Positions 39,156 to 47,808 of a stretch of 64,000 nucleotides of DNA are shown piece after piece (position 1 is the first letter of the stretch; each line of letters starts with the position of its first letter). The notes beneath the pieces were generated by a model, which did not search any database, had not been told where the DNA came from, and saw only the letters and a program-made list of their open reading frames with translations. The translations under genes were made by a program, and so were the position numbers. This DNA comes from an uncultured Chloroflexia bacterium (GTDB lineage Bacteria > Chloroflexota > Limnocylindria > Limnocylindrales > CSP1-4), in contig OY970218.1 of NCBI GenBank assembly GCA_963713975.1, positions 3,488,001-3,552,000 of the forward strand, in the 5' to 3' direction.

Positions 39156-39794
39156 TCACATCTGCAGCTCTTCTTCTTCCTCCTCACCCGATTCCTGGCG
39201 CTGGACGGACGTCATGACCTCGTCGGCCGTCTGCTCGGCCGCGTGCTCGAAGCGATCCGACGGGCTCGACACCCGGATGCCGCCCGCCGCGTCGCTGCCG
39301 TCCACGGGGCCCTGGGACTGCTGGACGACATGGGCCAGCTCGTGAGCCAGCGTGCGCTGGCCAGTCGGGGTGGCCGGGTTGAACTGGCCGCCCCGGAAGA
39401 CCACATCGTTGCCGACGGTGTAGGCATTGGCACCGACGGCCTCGGCGGACTTCGACGCCCGGTCATCGGTATGGACGCGCACTCCCCCGAAGCTGGCGCC
39501 AAACGCGGACTCCATGTTCGTCCGGAGGCCCTCGTCTAGGGGCGACCCACCCCCGGAACCGATGACATCGTGCACCGGGGAGCGATCCTCCTTGTCACCG
39601 GCCAGCATCTGGACGACGCCCTGGTTCCCGGCCGTCCGCTGGAGGTGCATCACGGACGCCGCGTCCATGGCCGGCGAGCGGACGAGCGCGGGCGGGGCGC
39701 CGACCGCCCCGGCTGCCCGGGACTCGGGCGTCGGGCTCCCGGTTGTCCGGTGTGACGCCCGGCGTGCGGGCGGGTCCAGCTCGAAGTCATGCAT
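39156..39794 (-). CDS. Stand-alone DUF4157 (eCIS core domain) protein
   Basis: LQRTAGN, GGSPL....R..MESAFGASFGGVRVHTD, ANAYTVGNDVVF, LAHELAHVVQQ, FEHAAEQTA; GGAGG RBS. Confidence 0.92.
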   Translation of the reverse strand: MHDFELDPPARRASHRTTGSPTPESRAAGAVGAPPALVRSPAMDAASVMHLQRTAGNQGVVQMLAGDKEDRSPVHDVIGSGGGSPLDEGLRTNMESAFGASFGGVRVHTDDRASKSAEAVGANAYTVGNDVVFRGGQFNPATPTGQRTLAHELAHVVQQSQGPVDGSDAAGGIRVSSPSDRFEHAAEQTADEVMTSVQRQESGEEEEEELQM

Positions 39795-39876
39795 CTGCCT
39801 GTCCTCCTGTGGCAACCGACAGCATCCGCCACCGACCGGGCCATCGCAATGGCGTCGAGCTGGACCGCCCGGAAGT

Positions 39877-39892
39877 CTGCCCGTATGGGCAG
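39877..39892. promoter_or_regulatory. Palindromic operator CTGCCC-N4-GGGCAG, copy 1
   Basis: Lies in the divergent DUF4157/effector-B intergenic region, centred 42.5 bp upstream of ATG 39927; -10 TAGCAT at 39914-39919. Confidence 0.6.
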
Positions 39893-39926
39893 CCCGGCAG
39901 CCTTGCCGACGCGTAGCATCCGGGCC

Positions 39927-41486
39927 ATGCGGACACATGCCACGAGGTCCCAGCCCGCTCCGCAGCGCCCCGCCGGCCACACGACTCCGGCCCGGCTCCA
40001 GGACACAGACGTCCGGAACGTCGCACCGGACCGGATCACCCCGGGCGTCGTGGCCCAGCTGCAGACGGCGGCTGGCAACCGTGCGGTCGGCCCCGTCGTC
40101 CAGCGTGCCATCAGCTGGGACCATGCGGTCAGCCTCGCCCGCCGGCTCGAGGACGCGATGTCGGGGCTCGGCACAGACGAGGAGGCGATCTACGGAGCCC
40201 TGGCGGGCCGCACCGCCGACGACATGGTGAACGTGCGCGACGCTTACCGCCAGATGTACTCCGAGAGCCTTGACGCGGCCATCCGGGACGAGCTGACCGA
40301 AGACGAGTACGAGCGAGTCCGCGCCACCCTGGAGGCACCGGCCGAGGCGGCAATGACCGCGGCCGAGCGCCGGACGGCCACGGCGGATGCGGCCGCCGCG
40401 ATCGCCGGCCAGCTGCACGATGCGATGGAAGGCCTCGGCACGGAGGAGGACCAGATCTTCAACGCCCTCACGGGCCGGACCCCGTCCGAGATCGAGGCGA
40501 TCAGCCGGGCCTATACCGCCCGCTTCGGGGCCCTGCTCGCCGACGACCTGCGCGACGATCTCAGCGGCGACGATCTCGTCCGGGCCCTGCGCCTGATCGG
40601 GCTCGAGGACACGGGCTCGTTCGAGAACGCGCTCCAGCAGCGCATGACCGAGGGGGCGACGACCGTCGTCCGGGGCCGCTTCACCTACACCCTCACCGAG
40701 GACTCGCTGGACGTGGACGTCGCGGCGAAGTTCGCGCCGTCCGAGGGCGTTGAGGTTCCCCTCGACACGTGGAACTCGCAGATCGCGGACACGTGGAACC
40801 GGTTCTGGATCAGCGAGCCCGGGGGCCGCTCGATCGACCTCCAGATGCACCTGCGGGACGATCCCGGCGAGACACGGCGGATCCGGGTCGTGGAGAACGC
40901 GCGGCCCAACGTGTACGGATATCCCGACCGCGCCAACGCCGGGATGTGGTACCCGGTCATGCCGGCGAGCACGGCCCCGCACGAGTTCGGGCACCTGGTC
41001 GGCCTGCCCGACGAGTACCAGCGGACCGCCGCCGACTTCGAGGCCATCACCGGCGCGGGCAGGAGCGGTCCCGAGAACGAGTCAGGCAAGACCGAGGCCG
41101 AGATCGCGACGGAGCTCCACGCGGCCCTGACGGTCGCCGACGCGGCGCAGCGCGCACCGGGCGCGACGACCATCCTGCGCGCCTGCGGCCTGATCTCCGA
41201 CGGGCGTCCCCAGCAGGGCGACTTCGCCCAGGCGGTGATGACCGCCTACAACGACGCCTATGGTGACGAGACCGCCGACCAGCTGCTGCCGGTGCTTCAG
41301 CACCTCCCGGACGGGACGAACTGGACCCTGATGACCGTGTTCTCGTTTGCCAGTGGGACGATCATGGGCAATCCCGAGGAGGTCGGGGTCGCCGAACACG
41401 AGCACCCGGTGGAACCACGCCACCTCTCGGAGTTCAAGTCCATCGTCAGGAACCGCTGGCCGGACCTCGACTGGGCGGTCGAATGA
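39927..41486 (+). CDS. Candidate CIS effector B: LQxAAGN leader + 2 annexin repeats + HExxHxxGxxD metalloprotease
   Basis: AMSGLGTDEEAIYGALAGR, AMEGLGTEEDQIFNALTGR; HEFGHLVGLPDEY; TIMG Met-turn. Confidence 0.8.
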   Translation: MRTHATRSQPAPQRPAGHTTPARLQDTDVRNVAPDRITPGVVAQLQTAAGNRAVGPVVQRAISWDHAVSLARRLEDAMSGLGTDEEAIYGALAGRTADDMVNVRDAYRQMYSESLDAAIRDELTEDEYERVRATLEAPAEAAMTAAERRTATADAAAAIAGQLHDAMEGLGTEEDQIFNALTGRTPSEIEAISRAYTARFGALLADDLRDDLSGDDLVRALRLIGLEDTGSFENALQQRMTEGATTVVRGRFTYTLTEDSLDVDVAAKFAPSEGVEVPLDTWNSQIADTWNRFWISEPGGRSIDLQMHLRDDPGETRRIRVVENARPNVYGYPDRANAGMWYPVMPASTAPHEFGHLVGLPDEYQRTAADFEAITGAGRSGPENESGKTEAEIATELHAALTVADAAQRAPGATTILRACGLISDGRPQQGDFAQAVMTAYNDAYGDETADQLLPVLQHLPDGTNWTLMTVFSFASGTIMGNPEEVGVAEHEHPVEPRHLSEFKSIVRNRWPDLDWAVE

Positions 41487-41502
41487 ACGGGAGCCCGGAC
41501 CG

Positions 41503-42165
41503 ATGACCCTGGTGACGTATCGCCGCCTGGCGGATGCCCCACCTCCCGAACGCGAGCTCCTGGAGCTGGATCCGGATGGCAGCGCCCGCGTGTGGCGCTC
41601 CAATGGGCCGGCGATAGGACGTTTCGGTGGCACGCTCGACGATGTCGCCGCGCTCCGGGCCGCAGTCGCCTCAGCGGCAGCGGCCGATCCGCCGGCGGTC
41701 GGGTCGCTCCCGTCGGGCGCCGCCGTGGAGGTCGTGGACGCCGCCGGACGGACGGCCCGCCTCGAGGCGCGGGCGCCCGTCGAGGGCCCGTGGGCGCCGC
41801 TCGTGGAGCGCTGCCGCCGCGTGCTCGATGCCCAGGTCGAAGCACCGCTCGCGGCGATCGCGGGCGTGCTGGACGTGGATGGCGGCCTCCGGCTCGAGCA
41901 CCGGGGGACTGCGGTGCTGCCGGTGGAGCTCGGGGCGCTCGCCGTCGACTTCACGCTCTGGCGGGACGGTGCGGAGGCCGCACGCGGCCGGATCACGGGT
42001 AGCCCGCTCGGGCATGCCGAGGCTGGTCCAGGCTGGGCCACGACTATCCCCTCGCCCGAGCCGGACCTCGCCGGGAGCGGAACCCTGGTCGTGGTCGCGT
42101 CCTTCGTCGCGGACGATGCCGGGATCGACGTGCCCGTGGCGATCACGGTCGTCCGGGAGCCTTGA
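41503..42165 (+). CDS. Hypothetical protein, effector partner B (paralog of 36115-36816)
   Basis: Starts 16 bp after effector B; end-to-end motif similarity to partner A. Confidence 0.75.
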   Translation: MTLVTYRRLADAPPPERELLELDPDGSARVWRSNGPAIGRFGGTLDDVAALRAAVASAAAADPPAVGSLPSGAAVEVVDAAGRTARLEARAPVEGPWAPLVERCRRVLDAQVEAPLAAIAGVLDVDGGLRLEHRGTAVLPVELGALAVDFTLWRDGAEAARGRITGSPLGHAEAGPGWATTIPSPEPDLAGSGTLVVVASFVADDAGIDVPVAITVVREP

Positions 42166-42217
42166 GGCAAGGCAGCGCGGTCCTCGTGCCGGGCGTGGCC
42201 AGGCCCGCCCGACGGGA

Positions 42218-44326
42218 TCAGCCGCCGGCAAGCTCCAGGTACTCGCCGAACTCCGCCTCCACCATCAGCCGACCGAGCTTGCGGTACTCGCGCTCGGTGG
42301 CCCGGACCAGGTCCGTCATCCCCACCGGGCGCCCGTCGGCCGCGGCGAGGTAGGCGGCGGTCACGCAGACGTTGCGGATGTTCCCGCCAGAGATCTTGAA
42401 CCGGCCGGCCAGGAAGTCGATGTCGATGTCGCCGGCGACCGGCAGCTCCGGCGAGAGGTTGCGGGCCCACAGGCGGAGCCGGTGCTCCACCTCGGGCATC
42501 GGGAAGTCCACGATGGCATCCAGCCGCCGGACGAATGCCTCGTCCACGTTGGAGCGCAGATTCGTGGTCAGGATGGCCAGGCCGTCGAAGCGCTCCATCC
42601 GCTGGAGCAGGTAGGCGACCTCGACGTTGGCGTAGCGGTCACGGGCGTCCTTGACCTCGGACCGCTTGCCGAACAGGGCGTCCGCCTCGTCGAACAGGAG
42701 GATGCCGTTGACCCGGTCCGCCTCGGTGAAGATGCGGTCCAGGTTCTTCTCGGTCTCGCCGATGTACTTGTCCACCACGGTGGAGAGGTCGATGACGTAG
42801 ACGTCGAAGCCGAGGTCGGCGGCCAGGACCTCGGCCGACATCGTCTTGCCGGTGCCTGAGTCGCCGGCGAAGAGCGCCGTGATGCCGAGCCCTCGCGCGC
42901 CCTTGGTGCCCATCCGCCACTCGCCGACCACACGCTCCCGGTGGCGCGCCCGGGCGAGCAGCTCGCGCAGCTGCTGCTCGACGACCGCGGGCAGCACGAG
43001 GTCCTCCCAGCCGACGGACGGCACGATCCGCCGGGCGAGGCGCTCCAGTCCGGCCGTGTTCTGGGCACGGGCCCCGGCCGAGACGTCGTCCACGGTCATC
43101 GGCCGGCCGGCGGCGAGCGCGGTCCGGCGGGCGGCCCGGGCGGCCCGGTCGATCTGCTCGGGGGCAAGGCGGAACGCGATGGTGGCCACGGCCGGGTCGA
43201 AGCCGTCAGGGGCGTCACCATTGAGGCTGCGGATCCACAGGTCGTGGCGGGCCTCGACGTCGGGCACAGGGACCTCGAGGACGAGCGGCGGCTCGCGGGA
43301 CCACACGGGATCCCAGGCACGGCCGCCCACCAGGATCACGGGGCCGGGGAGCTCGGCGAACGCCCGGACCGCGGCCGCGCCGCGCTCTCCGAGCGCCTCC
43401 ACGGGACCCACCACCAGGCCCGCGCCGCGGAGGCGCGCCTCGCGCGAGGAGGCGGCGGCGATCGCCGCCGGGTCGGCCGCGGCAGCGAGGCGGGTGAGGT
43501 CAAGGGCGATGGCGGTCCGCCCCCAGCGAGCCAGGGCCGTGCAGGCGAGCGACCGCCCCGAGGCGCCCGCCCGCTCCTCGAGGTAGACGAGCTCGAGGCC
43601 GGCCTCGAGGCCCCGGACCACGGCGTCCACCTCCGGCCCCTCGACGGCGATCGTCGTGGTCAGCAGGGAGCTCACGACGGGGTCCGGTGCGTCATCACCC
43701 AGGAGGTGGGCCGTCACCCGGTCCGGAACCCGAAGCGGCCTCGTGAGCGAGGGGCGGTCGGGCTCCTCGACCAGCAGCAGGTGGCCGACGAGGAGCGGCG
43801 CGAGCGGCCCCAGTCGGTCCCGGCCGAGGACCCCGCCGGATCCGAGGCCACAGAGCTCCAGGGCCAGGCCGACGCTCGCGCGTCGGCGGGAGACGTCATC
43901 GTGGAGGTAGCCGTAGAGCCGCTCGAAGCGCGGGTCCAGGTCCGGGGCAAGGGCGACCAGGAGCAGTTCCACGTCGGCGGGCACCAGCCCGAAGGTGCGG
44001 GAGAGCTCGAGCAGCCGGATCCGCGTCCCGTCCGCCTCCGCGGAGGCAGCGTGGGCATCGAGGTCGGCCAGCAGGCCGGCGGCGGCGCCCTCCGCCACGG
44101 ACGGCACGAGCGGGCCCGGCGTGCCGGCCAGGAGCGCATCCACCTGGTGTTCCGAGATGTAGAGGCCGCGGAACTGGTCCTCCGGATCCGGGTCGGCCGC
44201 ACGCCGGCGGTCCACGGCGGCGCGGACGCGGGCCTCGAGGAGACGGAGACGGGCCAGGAGATAGGCAACCGAGGGATCCTCGGCACGCGCGACCAGCGTG
44301 CCGTCCCGCGCGCGGACCTCGTTCAC
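42218..44326 (-). CDS. CIS AAA+ ATPase (Afp15/Pvc15-like)
   Basis: GDSGTGKT, VVDKYIGETEKNL, LLFDEADALFGKRSEVKDARDRYAN, LLQRME; N-terminal winged-helix region YLHDDVSRRR. Confidence 0.93.
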   Translation of the reverse strand: MNEVRARDGTLVARAEDPSVAYLLARLRLLEARVRAAVDRRRAADPDPEDQFRGLYISEHQVDALLAGTPGPLVPSVAEGAAAGLLADLDAHAASAEADGTRIRLLELSRTFGLVPADVELLLVALAPDLDPRFERLYGYLHDDVSRRRASVGLALELCGLGSGGVLGRDRLGPLAPLLVGHLLLVEEPDRPSLTRPLRVPDRVTAHLLGDDAPDPVVSSLLTTTIAVEGPEVDAVVRGLEAGLELVYLEERAGASGRSLACTALARWGRTAIALDLTRLAAAADPAAIAAASSREARLRGAGLVVGPVEALGERGAAAVRAFAELPGPVILVGGRAWDPVWSREPPLVLEVPVPDVEARHDLWIRSLNGDAPDGFDPAVATIAFRLAPEQIDRAARAARRTALAAGRPMTVDDVSAGARAQNTAGLERLARRIVPSVGWEDLVLPAVVEQQLRELLARARHRERVVGEWRMGTKGARGLGITALFAGDSGTGKTMSAEVLAADLGFDVYVIDLSTVVDKYIGETEKNLDRIFTEADRVNGILLFDEADALFGKRSEVKDARDRYANVEVAYLLQRMERFDGLAILTTNLRSNVDEAFVRRLDAIVDFPMPEVEHRLRLWARNLSPELPVAGDIDIDFLAGRFKISGGNIRNVCVTAAYLAAADGRPVGMTDLVRATEREYRKLGRLMVEAEFGEYLELAGG

Positions 44327-45039
44327 GTCCTGCGGCCGCGCACCCGGAGCGTGACACCGGACCTGCCCTGCTCGGGGCCGGCCGGCACGGTCTCCTCCGG
44401 CAGCGGCACCTCCGCCCCCGGAGCGCCGCCACGCCGCCCGCCGGCGCCCGTCGCGGACTCCGACGTGCCCGCGGCGCTGAGCCCGATCGTGGGGCCCTCG
44501 AGCACGGGCGGCCCGAAGTAGGTGTCCTGGGTGACGACCACCGGCGCCGTGACCACCACGTCCAGTGAGGGCTTCATCTCGCCTCCCAGCGCCGACCAGA
44601 TGTCGGCCAGGGACCGCTCCTGGGTCTCCGGCTGGCCCACCTCGATGTAGACCGGGAGGCCCGACTCATCCAGCGAGCCTCCCAGGTCTCCGGGCTTGAG
44701 CATCGGGTTGCGCAGCATGCAGATCAGCAGCGACGACAGGAGCCGGTGCTCGTCCTCGGGCCGCTGGGTCCAGGCCGTGACGAGGTACGCGAGCCGGAAC
44801 CGCCGCGGCGGCTGCGCGCGCCCGACGACCCGGCCGTCGACGCCACGCGCGTCCTCCCAGGCGGGCACCCGCCGCTGGAGGTCCTCGCGGATGTCGTACA
44901 GGTAGAGGTTGACGGCCGGTCCGCTGCGGCGGGCGACCCAGTCCTTGGTCGGCGCGTCGAAGACGAGGTCCACCGACGATCCGTTGAGGGCGTCGCGGCG
45001 GACCAGCCGCTCGAGCAGCTGATCGACATCGTGGATCAC
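44323..45039 (-). CDS. DUF4255 protein (Afp16/Pvc16-like tail terminator)
   Basis: MIHDVD, FDAPTKDW, VNLYLYDIRED, YLVTAW...EDEHRLL, WSALGGEMKPSL. Confidence 0.9.
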   Translation of the reverse strand: MIHDVDQLLERLVRRDALNGSSVDLVFDAPTKDWVARRSGPAVNLYLYDIREDLQRRVPAWEDARGVDGRVVGRAQPPRRFRLAYLVTAWTQRPEDEHRLLSSLLICMLRNPMLKPGDLGGSLDESGLPVYIEVGQPETQERSLADIWSALGGEMKPSLDVVVTAPVVVTQDTYFGPPVLEGPTIGLSAAGTSESATGAGGRRGGAPGAEVPLPEETVPAGPEQGRSGVTLRVRGRRT

Positions 45040-45107
45040 CCAGCGATCGTCCGCCTCGCGCGCGCGCCCTGCCACCCGTCGACGGGCATGCGAGGGGGCA
45101 CCTGTGG

Positions 45108-45123
45108 CTGCCCCATCGGGCAG
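45108..45123. promoter_or_regulatory. Palindromic operator CTGCCC-N4-GGGCAG, copy 2
   Basis: Lies in the divergent DUF4255/sheath intergenic region; same arms and 3' CCC as copy 1. Confidence 0.6.
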
Positions 45124-45224
45124 CCCCGCTCGCCCTACCGCGCGCCCCGTCGCACCTTGTTCCCGCCACCAGGCGGTGGGACCGTCCACTCGTCGGGATC
45201 CCAACCATCGGGAGAGGGCCACGC

Positions 45225-46736
45225 ATGCCGAACTATCTGTCACCCGGCGTCTACGTCGAGGAGGTGGAAGCCGGGTCGCGTCCCATCGAGGGCGTCGGCA
45301 CGGCTGTCGCCGCATTCGTCGGACTCGCCGCCCGCGGACCCGCGAACACCCCCACGCTGGTCACGAACTGGAACCAGTTCACGGCCACCTTCGGGGAGTT
45401 CGTGGAGAGCTCCTACCTCGCACACGCGGTGTACGGCTACTTCCTCAACGGAGGGGGGGCCGCCTACGTCGTACGGGTTGGCGCCGACGGCGTCATGCCC
45501 ACCGCGTCGGCCGAGCTGCCCAGCGCCACCGAGAAGGGCAAGCCGGCATTCCGGGTGGCCGCCCTGGAGGCGGGTGCCGAGGGCAATGACCTGAGCGTCG
45601 AGGTGGAGGCCCCGGGCGACGGCGCCGAGGGCAACTTCAAGCTCGTCGTCAAGCAGGGCGGCAAGCCGGTCGAGACGTTCGACAACGTCACCACCGGCAG
45701 GGGCAAGACCAACGTCGCGACCGTGGTCAAGTCGCAGTCGAAAACCATCACGATCGAGGAGGTTGGCGCCCTGACCGCCCCGTCGACCGGATCCGTCTCC
45801 CTTGCGGGCGGCGGCGCCGCGGTGCCGGCCCGGGTAACGCCCACGGATTATGTGGGCAGCTCGGCCGATCGCACCGGCTTCGCCGGTCTCGAGGCCGTGG
45901 ACGAGGTCACCATGCTGTCCGTGCCGGACCTCATGGCCGTCTACGAGCAGGGCATCATCGACCTCGAGGGCCTCCAGGCCGTCCAGCTTGCGATGCTCGC
46001 CCACTGCGAGCTGATGGGCGATCGCGTCGCCATCCTGGACTCGCCGCCCGGGCTCAACGCCCAGCAGGTGAAGGAGTGGCGGGTCGACAAGGCGGGCTAC
46101 GACAGCAAGTACGCGACCCTCTACTGGCCGTGGATCAAGGTCTTCGACCCCCTCGCCGGCCAGGCCCGGTTCGTGCCCCCGTCCGGCCACGTCGCCGGGA
46201 TCTGGGCTCGTAACGACGACACCCGCGGCGTCCACAAGGCGCCGGCCAACGAGGTGGTCCGGGGCGCCATCAGCCTGGCGCTGAACCTGACCAAGGCCGA
46301 GCACGACCAGCTGAACCCCAACGGGATCAACTGCATCCGCGCGTTCCCCGGTCGCGGCATCCGGATCTGGGGAGCCCGCACCATCTCGAGCGATCCGTCG
46401 TGGCGCTACCTGAACGTCCGGCGGCTGTTCAACTACGTCGAGGAGTCGATCTTCGAGGGCACCCAGTGGGTGGTCTTCGAGCCCAACGACGTCCGGCTCT
46501 GGGGCCGGGTCAAGCGGACGATCAACTCGTTCCTGCTCCGGGTATGGCGCGATGGCGCCCTGTTCGGGGCGACACCGGACCAGGCGTTCTTCGTCAAGTG
46601 CGACGAGGAGAACAACCCGCCGGAGGTCCGCGACGCGGGCCAGCTGATCGTCGATATCGGGATTGCGCCGGTCAAGCCGGCCGAGTTCGTCGTGTTCCGG
46701 ATCGCTCAGTTCTCCGGATCCCCGGACGCCGAGTAG
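45225..46736 (+). CDS. Contractile tail sheath protein
   Basis: MPNYLSPGVYVEE, YWPWI, PPSGHVAGIWAR.D..RGVHKAPAN, WGART, YLNVRRL, IAPVKPAEFV. Confidence 0.97.
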   Translation: MPNYLSPGVYVEEVEAGSRPIEGVGTAVAAFVGLAARGPANTPTLVTNWNQFTATFGEFVESSYLAHAVYGYFLNGGGAAYVVRVGADGVMPTASAELPSATEKGKPAFRVAALEAGAEGNDLSVEVEAPGDGAEGNFKLVVKQGGKPVETFDNVTTGRGKTNVATVVKSQSKTITIEEVGALTAPSTGSVSLAGGGAAVPARVTPTDYVGSSADRTGFAGLEAVDEVTMLSVPDLMAVYEQGIIDLEGLQAVQLAMLAHCELMGDRVAILDSPPGLNAQQVKEWRVDKAGYDSKYATLYWPWIKVFDPLAGQARFVPPSGHVAGIWARNDDTRGVHKAPANEVVRGAISLALNLTKAEHDQLNPNGINCIRAFPGRGIRIWGARTISSDPSWRYLNVRRLFNYVEESIFEGTQWVVFEPNDVRLWGRVKRTINSFLLRVWRDGALFGATPDQAFFVKCDEENNPPEVRDAGQLIVDIGIAPVKPAEFVVFRIAQFSGSPDAE

Positions 46737-46774
46737 CCACCAACGCCTGACCAGGACACGTCACGGAGGCACGA

Positions 46775-47209
46775 ATGCCGACCACTGATCCCCTTCTGCA
46801 AGGGAACGTACTGCTCGACATCGACGGCGTGGGCGTCGTCGCGAACTTCAGCTCGGTCTCGGGTGTCTCGAGCGAGGTGGAGATCGTCGACAACCCGTAC
46901 GTCACAGAACAGGGCAAGGTCTACATCGGGAAGCTGCCAGGCAAGCCCAAGACCCCCACCGTCACCCTCAAGCGCGGCCTCACCGGGGCAACCGAGCTCT
47001 GGGAGTGGCACACCGCGGTGATGCAGGGGACGCCGGACCGCCGCAACGGCTCGGTCATCCTCATGAACACCGTCGGCGAGGAGGTCCTCCGCTACAACTT
47101 CACGAACGCGATGGTCTCCAAGATCAGCCTGTCCGAGGGCGGCGCCACGACCAGCGGCGTCCAGATCGAAGAGGCCACGCTGTCCTGTGAAACGCTGATC
47201 AAGGGCTAG
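46775..47209 (+). CDS. Tail tube protein (T4 gp19-like)
   Basis: FSSVSGVSSEVE, KLPG, VTLKRG, WEW, RRNGSV.L, YNF.NA. Confidence 0.92.
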   Translation: MPTTDPLLQGNVLLDIDGVGVVANFSSVSGVSSEVEIVDNPYVTEQGKVYIGKLPGKPKTPTVTLKRGLTGATELWEWHTAVMQGTPDRRNGSVILMNTVGEEVLRYNFTNAMVSKISLSEGGATTSGVQIEEATLSCETLIKG

Positions 47210-47264
47210 CCCCTTGACCGCCGCGACCCTGCCCGAGATCCCGGTCGAGCGCGGGAGCACGAAC

Positions 47265-47648
47265 GTGTCCGAGGACCTCCGCACCGAATATGCGTTCGTG
47301 CTCCCCCGCGGCTACGTGGACGGGGCCGGGACGGTCCACCGCGACGGCGTCATGCGCCTCGCGACGGCCCGCGACGAGATCATCCCCCAGCGCGATCCAC
47401 GGGTCCGGGAGAACGAGGCCTACCTCACCGTCCTCCTGCTCTCGCGCGTGATCACCAGGCTGGGCACGCTGGCGCAGGTCCATACCGGCGTGATCGAGGG
47501 GCTGTTCGCCTCCGACCTCGCCTTTCTCCAGGATCTCTACCGGCGGATCAACCAGGAGGGACACACGCAGGCCTCGGTGACGTGTCCCGCCTGCAATCAC
47601 GCCTTCACCGTCGACGTGGCGGGTGAGCAGCGCCTGGGGGAATCGTGA
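47265..47648 (+). CDS. Tail assembly chaperone-like protein
   Basis: TEYAFVLPRGYVD..G.VHRDGVMRLATARDE, DLAFLQDLY, CPAC; GGAG RBS; position after the tube gene. Confidence 0.85.
   Translation: MSEDLRTEYAFVLPRGYVDGAGTVHRDGVMRLATARDEIIPQRDPRVRENEAYLTVLLLSRVITRLGTLAQVHTGVIEGLFASDLAFLQDLYRRINQEGHTQASVTCPACNHAFTVDVAGEQRLGES
47636..47642 (+). other. Candidate programmed -1 frameshift slippery site G GGG GAA
   Basis: In-frame G-GGG-GAA just before the chaperone stop; the -1 frame is open into the next small ORF. Confidence 0.6.
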
Positions 47649-47803
47649 CGTACGCGACCGACCGACTGTTCGAAGAGGTCGCGTACGTCGCCTATCACTT
47701 CCACTGGCCGATGGACACGATCCTCGACCTCGAGCACCCCCTGCGGCTGCAATTCGTCGAAGAGATCGGCCGGATCAACAAGCGCCTGTCCGAGGAGGAG
47801 TGA
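47645..47803 (+). CDS. DUF6760-like small protein (absent from the ORF track), probable -1 frame extension of the chaperone
   Basis: MTYATDRLFEEVAYVAYHFHWPMDTILDLEHPLRLQFVEEIGRINKRLSEEE. Confidence 0.85.
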   Translation: MTYATDRLFEEVAYVAYHFHWPMDTILDLEHPLRLQFVEEIGRINKRLSEEE

Positions 47804-47808
47804 GCCCC

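Noticed and set aside
39795-40994. 612-aa extended DUF4157 ORF
   Set aside because: The extension is antisense to effector B; an RBS supports the start at 39794.
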